Part shown: positions 28,504-38,502 of the stretch, in pieces
How the letters are laid out: the number at the start of each line of letters is the position of its first letter
Numbering within the stretch: position 1 is the stretch's first letter
Assembly: GCA_963668585.1 (NCBI GenBank)
Contig: OY764869.1
Span: 1,867,106 to 1,931,105, forward strand
Direction: 5' to 3'
Source: Dehalococcoidia bacterium
Lineage (GTDB): Bacteria > Chloroflexota > Dehalococcoidia > Lucifugimonadales > UBA3495
Length of the DNA stretch: 64,000 nucleotides
The notes under the pieces: model-generated
What the model saw: the letters and a program-made list of their open reading frames with translations, nothing else
Databases searched by the model: none
What the model was told of the DNA's origin: nothing
Made by a program: the position numbers and the translations under genes

Positions 28504-28544
28504 TAAGAGGATGCGTCGGCGCGTGCCGAGTGACATAATGGCGT

Positions 28545-28574
28545 TTGACACCCTGCTCCGGTAGTAAATATACT
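28545..28574 (+). promoter_or_regulatory. Sigma-70-type promoter candidate for yvcK-glmS
   Basis: TTGACA (28545-28550), an 18-nt spacer, then TATACT (28569-28574), 82 nt upstream of ATG 28656. Confidence 0.45.
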
Positions 28575-28655
28575 GCTCGGGGCGTTCCGGGGCGATAGCC
28601 GGTTCAAGTAGGAATCAGGACCGGGCCGTAGTTCACCAGCCTCTGCCCTTGACCC

Positions 28656-29798
28656 ATGCCCAGAAAGAACATTGTTGTCGTCGGCGGCGGCACTGGCAAT
28701 CACACCACGCTCAGCGGCCTGAAGTCACTGGACTGCAATATCACGGCTGTGGTCGCGATGACCGACAGCGGAGGCAGCAGCGGCCGGTTGCGCGATGAAC
28801 TCGGACACCTGCCGCCGGGCGACCTGCGGCGCTGCCTGATGGCGCTGGCCGGCGATGCCGAAACCTCCAACTTGATGCGCCGGCTGTTTGACTACCGGTT
28901 CTCCACCGGAGACGGCCTGAACGGACACAACTTCGGAAACCTGATCCTCTCCGCGCTGACGGAGGTGACCGGGGATACCATCACCGCGATTCAGCAGGCT
29001 GGACGAATCCTCGGGATCACGGGCGCCGTGCTTCCGGTAACCCTGGGCAAGGCGACCCTGTGCGCCCGGCTGACGGATGGGTCGGAGTTGGTCGGAGAAT
29101 CCACCATCGACTCGCGACGCGACAATCTGGACGTGCCCATCGATTACATTTACCTGGACCCCAAAGCCTACGCCTATCCGCCGGCGCTGGAGGCGATCGC
29201 CAATGCCGACGTGGTTGTCCTGGGGCCCGGAGACATCTACACCAGCGTGCTGCCGAATCTGCTGGTGGAGGACGTGGCGCAAGCAGTCAACGACTCCAGG
29301 GCTGTCAAGGTCCATGTCTGCAACCTTATGACCAAGCCCAATGAGAGCGCCGGATTCCGCACCTCCGATTTCCTGTCGCTGCTGATGGAATACCTGGGCA
29401 CGTGCCAACCGCTGGACTTTTTGCTGGTCAACAACACCCCGATACCTCCACGCGTGCGGTCTCGGTACTCGGCGGAGGGACAACATCCGGTGCTGCTGGA
29501 TGAGGCGGAATCCCTGACGATGGCGGGCAGAATAGTGGAGCGTCCCCTGTTGGCGCCCGGGGTTTTCGTGCGACACAACCCACACGCATTGGCCGCCGCC
29601 ATCATGGAAATCGCGATGGCCATCCCTGACACCTCACCGGATGCGGTGATCCCGCCGCTGGTCCTGGACTGCGACGATTTCGTTCCGCACCTCCTGCCGG
29701 CATCGCCATTCAGGGTTCAATCGCCCTCCCCAGATGGCCGCCCAGGCGACGTGGACGCCACCCTCACGGTGCGCAGCTCCGACCCGGATGGCGGCTGA
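28656..29798 (+). CDS. YvcK/GlmR family protein (UPF0052, CofD-like fold) with a Pro-rich C-terminal extension
   Basis: IVVVGGGTGNHTTLSGLK and VVAMTDSGGSSGRLR motifs. 380 aa. The stop lies 6 nt before the glmS ATG. Confidence 0.9.
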   Translation: MPRKNIVVVGGGTGNHTTLSGLKSLDCNITAVVAMTDSGGSSGRLRDELGHLPPGDLRRCLMALAGDAETSNLMRRLFDYRFSTGDGLNGHNFGNLILSALTEVTGDTITAIQQAGRILGITGAVLPVTLGKATLCARLTDGSELVGESTIDSRRDNLDVPIDYIYLDPKAYAYPPALEAIANADVVVLGPGDIYTSVLPNLLVEDVAQAVNDSRAVKVHVCNLMTKPNESAGFRTSDFLSLLMEYLGTCQPLDFLLVNNTPIPPRVRSRYSAEGQHPVLLDEAESLTMAGRIVERPLLAPGVFVRHNPHALAAAIMEIAMAIPDTSPDAVIPPLVLDCDDFVPHLLPASPFRVQSPSPDGRPGDVDATLTVRSSDPDGG

Positions 29799-29804
29799 AC
29801 GCGT

Positions 29805-31664
29805 ATGTGCGGCATAGTTGGTTACGTCGGAGACCGACAGGCTTGGCCCATAGTGGTTGAAGGACTCAGGCGGCTGGAATATCGGGGATACGACAGCGCC
29901 GGGGTCGCGGTGGTTGAACCGGAAGGCGGACTGCAGGTTCGCAAGACGGTTGGGAAAGTTCTCGGATTGCTGCACGATGCGTCGTGTCCGGCTCCGGCCG
30001 GCTCGGCCGGGTTGGGTCACACTCGATGGGCGACCCACGGAAGTCCGACGGAAGCCAATTCTCACCCCCACACCGATTGCACCGGGCGTATCGCCGTGGC
30101 GCACAATGGGATCGTGGAGAATTACCTCGCTCTGAAAACTGAGCTTCAAATGCGGGGGCACCGGTTCAAGTCGGAAACGGACACCGAGGTAATACCCCAC
30201 CTCGTTGAAGAGGGGATGAACGAAGGCCTGAGTTTGCCGGATGCGGTGTTGCGCATGGGAAGGCTGGTGCAGGGCCCCCAGGCGATAGTGGCGGTGCGGG
30301 AAGGCGACGACGACAGCATTTGCGCCCTGCGGCTTGGACACGCCGGTGGTGTCGCTGTGGCCCACCACGCGGGCCAGGGCGTGGTATCCAGCGATTTGCC
30401 GGCCCTGTTGCCGATAATCGGCGAGAGAGGGCACCTGCCGGTGGGGTTTTTGGAGGACGGCGAAGCGGCGGTGGTCACACGTACCGGCATCACCTTCCTG
30501 GACCGGTCTGGTCAGCGGCTGGAGAAAACGCTGCGCACGGTTTCTCTTAACGACGTCCTCGTTGACCGCGCGGGATACCGGCACTTCATGCTGAAAGAGA
30601 TCATGGAACAGCCGCAGGCCGTGGTGGCAGCCATGAGGGATCGGGTCGATTTTGCGTCGGGACGTGTCTCGCTGCCGGAATTGGCGATGTCTGACGCTGA
30701 AATCGCGAATCTTCGGCGGGTCGTGCTGATCGGCTGCGGAACCAGTCTGAACGCGGCGCAAGTGGGCAGAAGCCTGATAGAGCGCATGGCGGGCATCTAC
30801 ACGGACGCCGAGTCAGCATCCGAGTTTCGCTACCGGGAACCGATTCTGGACGACAAAACCCTGGTGGTGGCCATCGGTCAGTCGGGCGAAACCGCGGATA
30901 CCGTCGCGGCGATGGAGGAGGTACGGCGCAGCGATGCCGGGCTGATAACCATCTGCAACGCTCCGGACAGCCAGGCCGCGCGCGTGGCCGACGCAACGCT
31001 GCTGATGCGTTCAGGAATAGAAATCGGCGTCGCCAGCAGCAAAACCTTCGTAGCATCCCTGACCATCCTGAATCTGCTGGCGATGCGCCTTGCCATGGCC
31101 AGGGGACACGCTGATGCCTCCACCGCAGCCCGGTGGATCGATCAGTTGGCGCGCATCCCGGGGCAATTGGGAACCATCGTCAGCGATTCCTCCGCCGCGG
31201 AGGATTTGGCAGAGTCGTACTACGACCGCCGGAATTTCATTTACCTCGGCCGCGGGATCAACTCTCCCATTGCGACCGAGGGGGCCCTGAAATTGAAGGA
31301 GATCAGCTATATCCATGCTGAGGCATACCCTGCTGGCGAGATGAAGCACGGCCCTATCGCCCTTATCGACCACCGGATGCCCACCATGGCCATCGCGCCA
31401 CAAGATGCGCTTTACGACAAGATGACCAGCAACATCCAGGAAGTCAAAGCACGCGGCGGGGCGGTTCTGTCCGTCCTCACCCAGAATGACCGCCGCCTTT
31501 CCGGCATCGTGGATGGCGCCATGTACATCCCCGAAGCGCCCTACCATTTGACCCCAATTCTGGCCACGGTGCCGCTGCAACTCTTCGCGTATCACGTGGC
31601 TGTCCGACGGGGCTGCGACGTGGACCAACCGCGCAATCTGGCGAAATCCGTAACGGTGGAGTGA
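29805..31664 (+). CDS. glmS: Glutamine--fructose-6-phosphate aminotransferase (isomerizing)
   Basis: MCGIVGYVG N-terminal nucleophile, two SIS domains and the C-terminal DQPRNLAKSVTVE. 619 aa. Confidence 0.97.
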   Translation: MCGIVGYVGDRQAWPIVVEGLRRLEYRGYDSAGVAVVEPEGGLQVRKTVGKVLGLLHDASCPAPAGSAGLGHTRWATHGSPTEANSHPHTDCTGRIAVAHNGIVENYLALKTELQMRGHRFKSETDTEVIPHLVEEGMNEGLSLPDAVLRMGRLVQGPQAIVAVREGDDDSICALRLGHAGGVAVAHHAGQGVVSSDLPALLPIIGERGHLPVGFLEDGEAAVVTRTGITFLDRSGQRLEKTLRTVSLNDVLVDRAGYRHFMLKEIMEQPQAVVAAMRDRVDFASGRVSLPELAMSDAEIANLRRVVLIGCGTSLNAAQVGRSLIERMAGIYTDAESASEFRYREPILDDKTLVVAIGQSGETADTVAAMEEVRRSDAGLITICNAPDSQAARVADATLLMRSGIEIGVASSKTFVASLTILNLLAMRLAMARGHADASTAARWIDQLARIPGQLGTIVSDSSAAEDLAESYYDRRNFIYLGRGINSPIATEGALKLKEISYIHAEAYPAGEMKHGPIALIDHRMPTMAIAPQDALYDKMTSNIQEVKARGGAVLSVLTQNDRRLSGIVDGAMYIPEAPYHLTPILATVPLQLFAYHVAVRRGCDVDQPRNLAKSVTVE

Positions 31665-31836
31665 CTGCGGCGCGAGCGCGGACGCAGTCGATTATGCCCT
31701 GACTCGGGCGGTCTGCCGGCGGTAGAGTGGCCCGACGTGTCCGTGGGGGATCCTGAGCACGCTCCAGGCAGGGGGTTGATCTTGCCAGCGTAAACCTTCC
31801 GAATCCGTGGGGAAACCTGTGGCAAAAATGTGCCCA

Positions 31837-31967
31837 GGGCCTTTCGATTATCCTGGCTATAGGCATTTGCCGTTGCCGGAACGATTCCCTGCTCACCGTG
31901 CGCTCGTCCTGCGACAGGCTCAGGATGAGCGGACCAAGCCAGCGACCGACAATAATCGAATGGCCCC
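31837..31967 (+). repeat. Copy C of the ~130-nt TIR-bearing repeat element
   Basis: GGGCCTTTCGATTATCC left end, AATAATCGAATGGCCCC right end (inverted repeats), and hairpin core 31901-31931 identical in loop and right arm to copy A. Confidence 0.8.
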
Positions 31968-32010
31968 GAAAACGTGCCGCCGTTGACGGTGTACAGGATT
32001 GACGGATGCC

Positions 32011-32016
32011 TATACT
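32011..32016 (+). promoter_or_regulatory. -10 hexamer candidate (TATACT) for the glycosyltransferase gene
   Basis: TATACT lies 50 nt after the AATGG anchor of copy C, the same register as copies A and D, and 24 nt upstream of the AGGAGG RBS at 32040-32045. Confidence 0.35.
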
Positions 32017-32055
32017 ATATCGGTTACGATATTCGACGCAGGAGGCGGAACCGGG

Positions 32056-33342
32056 TTGATAGATATCATCGAATACCCCACTACGGATGCAACTCGCTAC
32101 CTTGAACTGCTGACGCCGGATGATGCCGATGCTCTAACCCGGGTGGCCGAAAACTTCAAGAACTGCCGCGTGATCCACATCAACAGCACTGCCTACGGGG
32201 GCGGTGTCGCTGAAATCCTCCATTCGCTGGTGCCCCTCAGTAATGCGTTTGGAATCGACACTCGCCGGGCGGTTATCACCCCCAGCGACGCGCGCTTTTT
32301 CGACGTCACCAAGCGCATCCACAACATGCTGCAGGGCGCGGAAGGGGAACTGTCCGAAAGCGAATTCGCTGTTTATTTCGGATGCCTCGAAGAGATCGCC
32401 GGAGAAGTCGAAGACACCGGCCTTTCCGCCGACGTGTGGTTTCTGCACGACCCGCAATTGCTGCCCCTGGGTCGGTTGCTGAACCGGAGCAACGCGCAAA
32501 CGCGGCTTTGGGTGGTTCACATAGACCTCACCGAGCCCAATCCGTCGCTGATGGAGAGACTGCTGCCGTTCACTGATGCGTATGATTCGTTGATCTGTTC
32601 GTTGGACGACTACGCTCCGAATCCGGCGCCCAACGAAACTCGGGTGTTCGTGGCGCCGCCTGCCATCGACCCGTTCGCGCCCAAGAATTCGGAGACGTCG
32701 CCCGAACAGGCCAGCGGTATCGTGAAATCCCTGGGCATCGATCCGGAACGACCCCTGGTGACGCAGGTATCCCGTTTCGATACGTGGAAGGATCCCTGGG
32801 GCGTGATCGACGCTTACCGGATCGCGCGCGAATCGCACCCCGGGCTCCAGTTGGCATTGTTGGGGTTGAGCCAGGCCAACGACGACCCAGAAGGCGAGAA
32901 AGTATTGCAGTCAGTTCGGGCCCATGCCGGGTGTGACCCCGACATCCACCTGTTCTTCTCTCCCGACAACCTGCCGGCCACCAACGACGAAATAGTCAAC
33001 GCTCTGCAATCTCATTCGCGGGTCTTGTTGCAAAAATCCACGCGCGAGGGATTCGGGCTGACTGTTTCCGAAGGAATGTGGAAGGGGAAGCCGATGATCG
33101 GAGGCAACGTGGGCGGCATTCGGTTGCAGATTGTGGACGGCGAATCCGGCTACCTGGTGGATACCGCGGAACAGGCGGCCGGACGCATCTCCCAGTTGCT
33201 ATCGGATGCCGATTTGTGCGCTACAATTGGAAACAACGCAAGGGATCGGGTACGCCGCCGTTTCCTGATGCCGCGACTACTGAACGACTATTTGCAAGCG
33301 GCGCAGCAAGCCAGGCTTGACGCAAAGGAAATTGGGTGGTGA
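32056..33342 (+). CDS. GT4-family glycosyltransferase, TreT (trehalose glycosyltransferring synthase)-like
   Basis: INSTAYGGGVAEIL and FLHDPQ motifs plus the C-terminal GT-B block STREGFGLTVSEGMWKGKP. Start placed at in-frame TTG 32056, 10 nt after AGGAGG. The track start TTG 31999 has no RBS and lies upstream of the putative -10. Confidence 0.78.
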   Translation: MIDIIEYPTTDATRYLELLTPDDADALTRVAENFKNCRVIHINSTAYGGGVAEILHSLVPLSNAFGIDTRRAVITPSDARFFDVTKRIHNMLQGAEGELSESEFAVYFGCLEEIAGEVEDTGLSADVWFLHDPQLLPLGRLLNRSNAQTRLWVVHIDLTEPNPSLMERLLPFTDAYDSLICSLDDYAPNPAPNETRVFVAPPAIDPFAPKNSETSPEQASGIVKSLGIDPERPLVTQVSRFDTWKDPWGVIDAYRIARESHPGLQLALLGLSQANDDPEGEKVLQSVRAHAGCDPDIHLFFSPDNLPATNDEIVNALQSHSRVLLQKSTREGFGLTVSEGMWKGKPMIGGNVGGIRLQIVDGESGYLVDTAEQAAGRISQLLSDADLCATIGNNARDRVRRRFLMPRLLNDYLQAAQQARLDAKEIGW

Positions 33343-33346
33343 TGAC

Positions 33347-34450
33347 ATGCCAACCACTACCATATTGGTGATGATCGACGGGCTTGATCCGGAATACCTG
33401 GAATCATGCCCTGCGCCCAATCTGCAGCGGTTCTCCCGAGAGGGATTCCAGGTACCGGCCGGCGGGATGATGCCCAGCGTCACCAACGTGAACAATACGT
33501 CAATGGTGACGGGGCACTACCCAGCTCAGCACGGCATAGTTTCCAACTACTGGCTGGACCGCGCCGCCGGCATCGAGCAGTACGTCGAATCAGGCGAGTT
33601 CATCTGCTCGGACACAATCTTCGATCTGTGCCGTCGCCAGGGTGGTCGTTCTTTGCTGTCGGCGTCCAAAGATAAACTGCGCCGGCTTCTGGGAGGCTCG
33701 GCGAATCTGGCGTTTTCTTCAGAACAGCCTACCGAAAAAGCAGTTGCCGCACTCGGCGATGCTCCCCATGTGTACTCTCTGGAAGTGAACGGTTGGACCA
33801 TCGACGCCGCACGCCACGCGCTGGTCGAGGAACACTATGATCTGGCGTTTATCGCGACCACCGATTACGCGATGCACACCTTCGGTCCAGATCATCCCGA
33901 ATCGCGGCGCCACGTGGCAATTCTGGACGATGCCCTCGGCCGTTTGTTCAACGATGTGCCGGATGCGCAGTTGCTGATCACCGCGGACCACGGTATGTCG
34001 GACAAGCGCCGCATGCTGCACCTGCCGGCCGTGTTGGCCCGGCACAACATCGGGGCGACCGCCGTGCCCGTCATCAAGGACCAATACGTGGTGCATCATT
34101 CGAACCTGGGCGGCTGCATCTACGTTCATCTGGACGACCCGGCGTCTCTTCAGGACGCCATCGGCGCGCTCAACGAGACGGACGGCGTGGAACAGGCCTT
34201 GGACAGAGAGCAGGCGGCCGCTCAATTTTCCCTGATGGGAGAACGCCTGGGAGACATCCTGGTAACTGGCGCCGCTGACGTTGTGTTTGGCGATCCCGAG
34301 GAAATTTCGCTGCCGCCCGGTTTGCGTTCCCACGGTTCCATTCACGAAAGCAGCGTCCCGATTATCGGCGTGGGCGGGGATTTCGGTGGCTTTGAGTTCC
34401 GTGAGAACCGGGACCTGGGCCGTTACGTATCGCAACGCGTGTTGGCCTGA
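33347..34450 (+). CDS. Alkaline-phosphatase-superfamily protein (type I phosphodiesterase/nucleotide pyrophosphatase-like)
   Basis: ILVMIDGLDPEY and PSVTNVNNTSMVTGHYPAQHG (metal/nucleophile region), with TADHGM downstream. Starts 4 nt after the upstream stop. Confidence 0.82.
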   Translation: MPTTTILVMIDGLDPEYLESCPAPNLQRFSREGFQVPAGGMMPSVTNVNNTSMVTGHYPAQHGIVSNYWLDRAAGIEQYVESGEFICSDTIFDLCRRQGGRSLLSASKDKLRRLLGGSANLAFSSEQPTEKAVAALGDAPHVYSLEVNGWTIDAARHALVEEHYDLAFIATTDYAMHTFGPDHPESRRHVAILDDALGRLFNDVPDAQLLITADHGMSDKRRMLHLPAVLARHNIGATAVPVIKDQYVVHHSNLGGCIYVHLDDPASLQDAIGALNETDGVEQALDREQAAAQFSLMGERLGDILVTGAADVVFGDPEEISLPPGLRSHGSIHESSVPIIGVGGDFGGFEFRENRDLGRYVSQRVLA

Positions 34451-34477
34451 ACCCCCTGCGACACAACGGAGAACGTT

Positions 34478-35398
34478 TTGGCAACCGTTAGAGTCCGAGC
34501 CCCCGCGACCACCGCCAACCTCGGCCCCGGGTATGACTGTCTGGGCATGGCGCTCGACCTCTGGAATCACCTGACGGTTGAGACGCTGGATGCCGGCGCA
34601 GATACATCCGTTGCCGTCGCCGGGGAAGGCGAGGGCGAACTCGCCGACGACTCGGATAACCTCACCTACCGGGCCGCGAGGTTTCTGTATGGTGAAGCCG
34701 ACGTTGAAATACCGCCCCTGGCGATGCAATGCGAGAACGCCATCCCGCTGAGCCGAGGGTTAGGCAGCAGCGCCGCCGCGATTTCCGGCGGTCTGGTTGC
34801 GGCCAACGCACTGCTGGATAACCCCTTTACGCCCAATGACCTGCTCGAAATGGCGGCCACCATTGAAGGGCATCCCGATAATGTCGCCGCAGCGGTGCAT
34901 GGAGGGTTGCAGTTGGTGGTTATCGATGACGATCGGCTCTACACCGCTCCCATCGACGTGCCCGACGAATTGAATGCGGTGCTATTCATCCCGGACCGCC
35001 GGATCGCCACGGCGGACGCCCGTCGGGTGCTGCCGTCGGAGGTATCCGTCGCAGATGCGGTGTACAATATGAGCCGCGCCGCGCTGCTGGTAGCGGGGAT
35101 GCAATCGAACCACCCCGAATACTTGCGGATCGCCACCGAGGATCGTTTGCACCAGCCATACCGTCAGTCGATCTTTCCGCCCATGAAGGTGATCTTTGAG
35201 GCGGCGCGAAACGCGGGAGCGTTGGGCGTTTTCCTGTCGGGAAGCGGCAGCACCATCCTGGCGCTGACTCAGGAAAGGTCAATGACGGTTGCCTACGAAA
35301 TGTTCGACGCCGCCCGTCTGGCCGGTGTCGAAGGGCGTGTTGAGATTACTCGCCCCACCAGGCAGGGGGCACACGTACTGTCCACCGAAGAGTCGTAG
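34478..35398 (+). CDS. thrB: Homoserine kinase
   Basis: APATTANLGPGYDCLG and PLSRGLGSSAAA (GHMP kinase motif). 306 aa. Confidence 0.92.
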   Translation: MATVRVRAPATTANLGPGYDCLGMALDLWNHLTVETLDAGADTSVAVAGEGEGELADDSDNLTYRAARFLYGEADVEIPPLAMQCENAIPLSRGLGSSAAAISGGLVAANALLDNPFTPNDLLEMAATIEGHPDNVAAAVHGGLQLVVIDDDRLYTAPIDVPDELNAVLFIPDRRIATADARRVLPSEVSVADAVYNMSRAALLVAGMQSNHPEYLRIATEDRLHQPYRQSIFPPMKVIFEAARNAGALGVFLSGSGSTILALTQERSMTVAYEMFDAARLAGVEGRVEITRPTRQGAHVLSTEES

Positions 35399-35402
35399 GA
35401 TC

Positions 35403-36629
35403 GTGTCCCTTTTCGTTCACAAATACGGGGGCAGTTCTGTCGCCGACGCTGCCAAGATCGTCAACGTGGCCCGACGCATCGCCAGCGTGTCCGATGATGG
35501 GCACCAGGTGGTGACTGTGGTCTCTGCGATGGGAGATACCACTGACGAGTTGATCGACCTGGCGCGAACCGTCGCCAATGAGCCCGACCCGCGTGAGCTT
35601 GACCTGCTGCTGTCCACCGGCGAACTGGTATCAATCACGCTGCTGTCGATGGCGCTGCGCAATCTGGGGTATGACGCGATCAGCCTGAGCGGGCCACAGG
35701 CAGGGATTCGCACCGACAGCGCGTACGGGCGGGCGCGGATCAGCGAGGTGAACCCGGGGCGGTTGCGGCAAGAGTTGTCCAAGGGTCGCCTGGTGATCGT
35801 GGCTGGATTTCAGGGACTCACGCCGGAAGAGGACATAACAACCCTGGGCCGTGGTGGGTCGGACACCACCGCCGTGGCTCTGGCGGCGGCCCTGCACGCG
35901 GACCGCTGCGACATCTACACCGACGTTGAGGGCATATATACCGCCGACCCGCGGGTGGTCGCCAAAGCCGCCAAACTGGCCGAAGTGGGTTACGACGAGA
36001 TGTTGGAACTGGCTGCGGCCGGGGCTAAAATGCACCCGCGTTCAATTGAATTGGGATCGGTTTACAATGTACCGATCTACGTAGCCTCGAGTTTCACAGA
36101 CGCGCCCGGCACGCTGATCCACCAAGTTTCGGATGACGCCAACATGGAAGAACGAATCAAGGTAACGGGAATTGCTTACCAGACCAACGTCGCGAAGGTC
36201 ACGGTTTGCGGCGTTGAGGACAAGCCCGGCGTTGCCGCCGCGCTGTTTGAACCCCTGGCGTCTTCGGGGATCAGTGTGGACACAATCGTCCAGAATACCA
36301 GCGCGGACCGCACCACCACCGACATCAGCTTCACCGTGACCACAGACGACCTGCCGATGGCGTTGCGCCAGATGTCCGCCATGCAGCCCGACCTGGGCGC
36401 GGCGCAGGTTATCAGCGACACTTCCCTGGCTTCGGTGAGCGTGGTGGGTTCCGGGATGCAGAATACCCCCGGCTACGCTTCCAGGATGTTCCGCATCCTT
36501 GCCGACGGCGGCATCAACATCGACATGATCACCACCTCGGAGATCCGGATTTCGTGCATCATCCACCAGGATCAGGCGCGTGACGCGGTGCGCCTGCTGC
36601 ACCGTGGTTTCCAACTGGACGAGGGTTAA
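35403..36629 (+). CDS. lysC: Aspartate kinase
   Basis: VHKYGGSSV N-terminus, an amino-acid kinase domain and two C-terminal ACT domains. GTG start at 35403; the track start at 35289 would overlap thrB. Confidence 0.92.
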   Translation: MSLFVHKYGGSSVADAAKIVNVARRIASVSDDGHQVVTVVSAMGDTTDELIDLARTVANEPDPRELDLLLSTGELVSITLLSMALRNLGYDAISLSGPQAGIRTDSAYGRARISEVNPGRLRQELSKGRLVIVAGFQGLTPEEDITTLGRGGSDTTAVALAAALHADRCDIYTDVEGIYTADPRVVAKAAKLAEVGYDEMLELAAAGAKMHPRSIELGSVYNVPIYVASSFTDAPGTLIHQVSDDANMEERIKVTGIAYQTNVAKVTVCGVEDKPGVAAALFEPLASSGISVDTIVQNTSADRTTTDISFTVTTDDLPMALRQMSAMQPDLGAAQVISDTSLASVSVVGSGMQNTPGYASRMFRILADGGINIDMITTSEIRISCIIHQDQARDAVRLLHRGFQLDEG

Positions 36630-36649
36630 CCGCCGCAAGGTTTCAGGCG

Positions 36650-37372
36650 ATGTCAACCTGTTACCTGACCGTAGTGATTCCGGCCTACAACGAAGCAACG
36701 CGATTGCCGGAAACCCTCGCGATCGTTCACGGGTACCTGTCCGGGAGGCCGTACTCCTCGGAGATCATCGTCGCCGACGACGGCAGCGAAGATGCCACTG
36801 CGAGCCTGGTCGAGGGTCTGGTTCCGGTCTATCCTGAACTCAGACTCCTGCGTCTGCCTCACCGGGGCAAGGGCGCGGCCGTGAAGGCCGGGATGCTGGC
36901 GGCGAGAGGCGAGTACCGGTTCCTGTGCGACGCCGACCTGTCAATGCCCATTGAGTTCCTGGAGAAATTATTGCCGCCCGATGCTCCCCCGGCGGACGTG
37001 GTGGCCGGGTCCCGCGAAGCGCCCGGAGCGCAGCGGGTTGGGGAACCCCGCGGGCGGTGGTTGATGGGCCGTGTATTCAACGTGGCCACCCGGCTCCTGG
37101 CGACCCCGGGCATCTCCGACACGCAGTGCGGGTTCAAGGTGTTTGGAGCGGCTGCAGCGCAGGCTTTGTTCCCGCTGCAAATGCTCGACGGGTTCGCGTT
37201 CGACGCCGAAATACTCTTCCTGGCGCGGCGACGCGGTTTCGAGACTGTCGAAGTTGGCATTGAATGGCACTATCGGTCTGAGAGCAAGGTGCGCCCGTTC
37301 CGTGATGGCTGGCGTACCTTCAGGGACCTGGTCAGAATCCGTTGGCATTGGGCCACCGGAGGTTACGGTTAG
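36650..37372 (+). CDS. GT2-family glycosyltransferase (polyprenyl-phosphate sugar synthase-like)
   Basis: VVIPAYNEATRLPETL N-terminus, with IVADDGSED and CDADLS (DxD) motifs. 240 aa. Confidence 0.85.
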   Translation: MSTCYLTVVIPAYNEATRLPETLAIVHGYLSGRPYSSEIIVADDGSEDATASLVEGLVPVYPELRLLRLPHRGKGAAVKAGMLAARGEYRFLCDADLSMPIEFLEKLLPPDAPPADVVAGSREAPGAQRVGEPRGRWLMGRVFNVATRLLATPGISDTQCGFKVFGAAAAQALFPLQMLDGFAFDAEILFLARRRGFETVEVGIEWHYRSESKVRPFRDGWRTFRDLVRIRWHWATGGYG

Positions 37373-37536
37373 TCGGCGTTCGGTTTGCTCTCCTGCATGG
37401 CAATTTGCTGAGTTTCAAGAATCTCCCAAATCCGCTGGCTGATGTATTGAAACAGTGACTGGCGCGCGTGTAATCCTAGAAGTCCCACATAAGGGAATTT
37501 GCCGACCGTCGCCATATTCGGCCAAAAGGATACGTC

Positions 37537-38484
37537 ATGACAGTGCAGGATACGACACGCGCATGGTCTCGACCCGACCGGGGAACAATGACAGAAAATC
37601 GGATTCGAGTGAATTTGGGAAAGGATGCAGTCAAACTGGCGTTGAAAGGCGAATGGGCCAGCGCCGCTGAATTGAACCGCACGATCCTGGAAATGTGTCC
37701 CGAAGACAGCGAGGCGTCCAACCGGCTTGCCAAAGCACTCCTGGAGCTTGGGGACTCCGCCGGCGCGCGCGCTGTGCTGGACGACTTGCTGAGCCGGTAT
37801 CCCAACAACAGCATTGGCCGCAAAAATCTGTCCCGGTTGGAAAAGTTGGAATCCACGGGCCCGACGCGTCAGGCCGGCGGAGCCAACCTCAAGGGGTGGT
37901 CGCCGCTGTTCATAGAAGAAGGGGGCAAATCCTGCACCACCACGTTGCGGCGGGCGATCGGTGCATCCACGTTTTCGGGCATCGGCGCCGGCGACGTGGT
38001 CACGCTATCCGTGGACGGCGACGCGCTGGTGGTCGAATCCGTCGTTGGACAGCGTCTCGGAACCATTGAACTGCGGATATCCCGCAGGCTGCGCAAGCTG
38101 ATTGCCGGAGGCAATCGCTATTCGGCGGCCGTGGTTGGAGTCCAGGGTGAGGACGTCTCGGTAATCATTCGGGAGATTGAAAAGCACCCCTCCCAGCGTG
38201 ACATAATCTCTTTCCCACCGACCGGCCAGGCATTTGCAGCGCCCCATCCCGCCGAGTCCGATTTGCCTGACGAAGATGAACCTGAGGACATGGATGCGCC
38301 CAATGCGACCATGGACCCGGCCACCGAGTCCGACCAGGAAGAACACGCCGTGGCGCTGGTGGCCGGCGAGATTGATGACGGCGGTGAAGATGGAGACATC
38401 GGCGTGCCGGTTTTGGACACCGATGACGTTGAGGTCGATCCGCTGATGGGGTTGGTTCCCGAAGACACCGATGACTGGGAGTAG
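37537..38484 (+). CDS. TPR-containing protein with a highly acidic C-terminal tail
   Basis: N-terminal TPR-like helices (ALKGEWASAAELNRTILEMCPEDSEASNRLAKALLELGD). The last ~90 residues are rich in D/E. AAGGA RBS. Confidence 0.6.
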   Translation: MTVQDTTRAWSRPDRGTMTENRIRVNLGKDAVKLALKGEWASAAELNRTILEMCPEDSEASNRLAKALLELGDSAGARAVLDDLLSRYPNNSIGRKNLSRLEKLESTGPTRQAGGANLKGWSPLFIEEGGKSCTTTLRRAIGASTFSGIGAGDVVTLSVDGDALVVESVVGQRLGTIELRISRRLRKLIAGGNRYSAAVVGVQGEDVSVIIREIEKHPSQRDIISFPPTGQAFAAPHPAESDLPDEDEPEDMDAPNATMDPATESDQEEHAVALVAGEIDDGGEDGDIGVPVLDTDDVEVDPLMGLVPEDTDDWE

Positions 38485-38502
38485 TGGGCCAGCAGGCTGC
38501 CG

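Noticed and set aside
29799-29804. A glmS ribozyme upstream of glmS.
   Set aside because: Only 6 nt separate the yvcK stop from the glmS start, so there is no room for the ribozyme.
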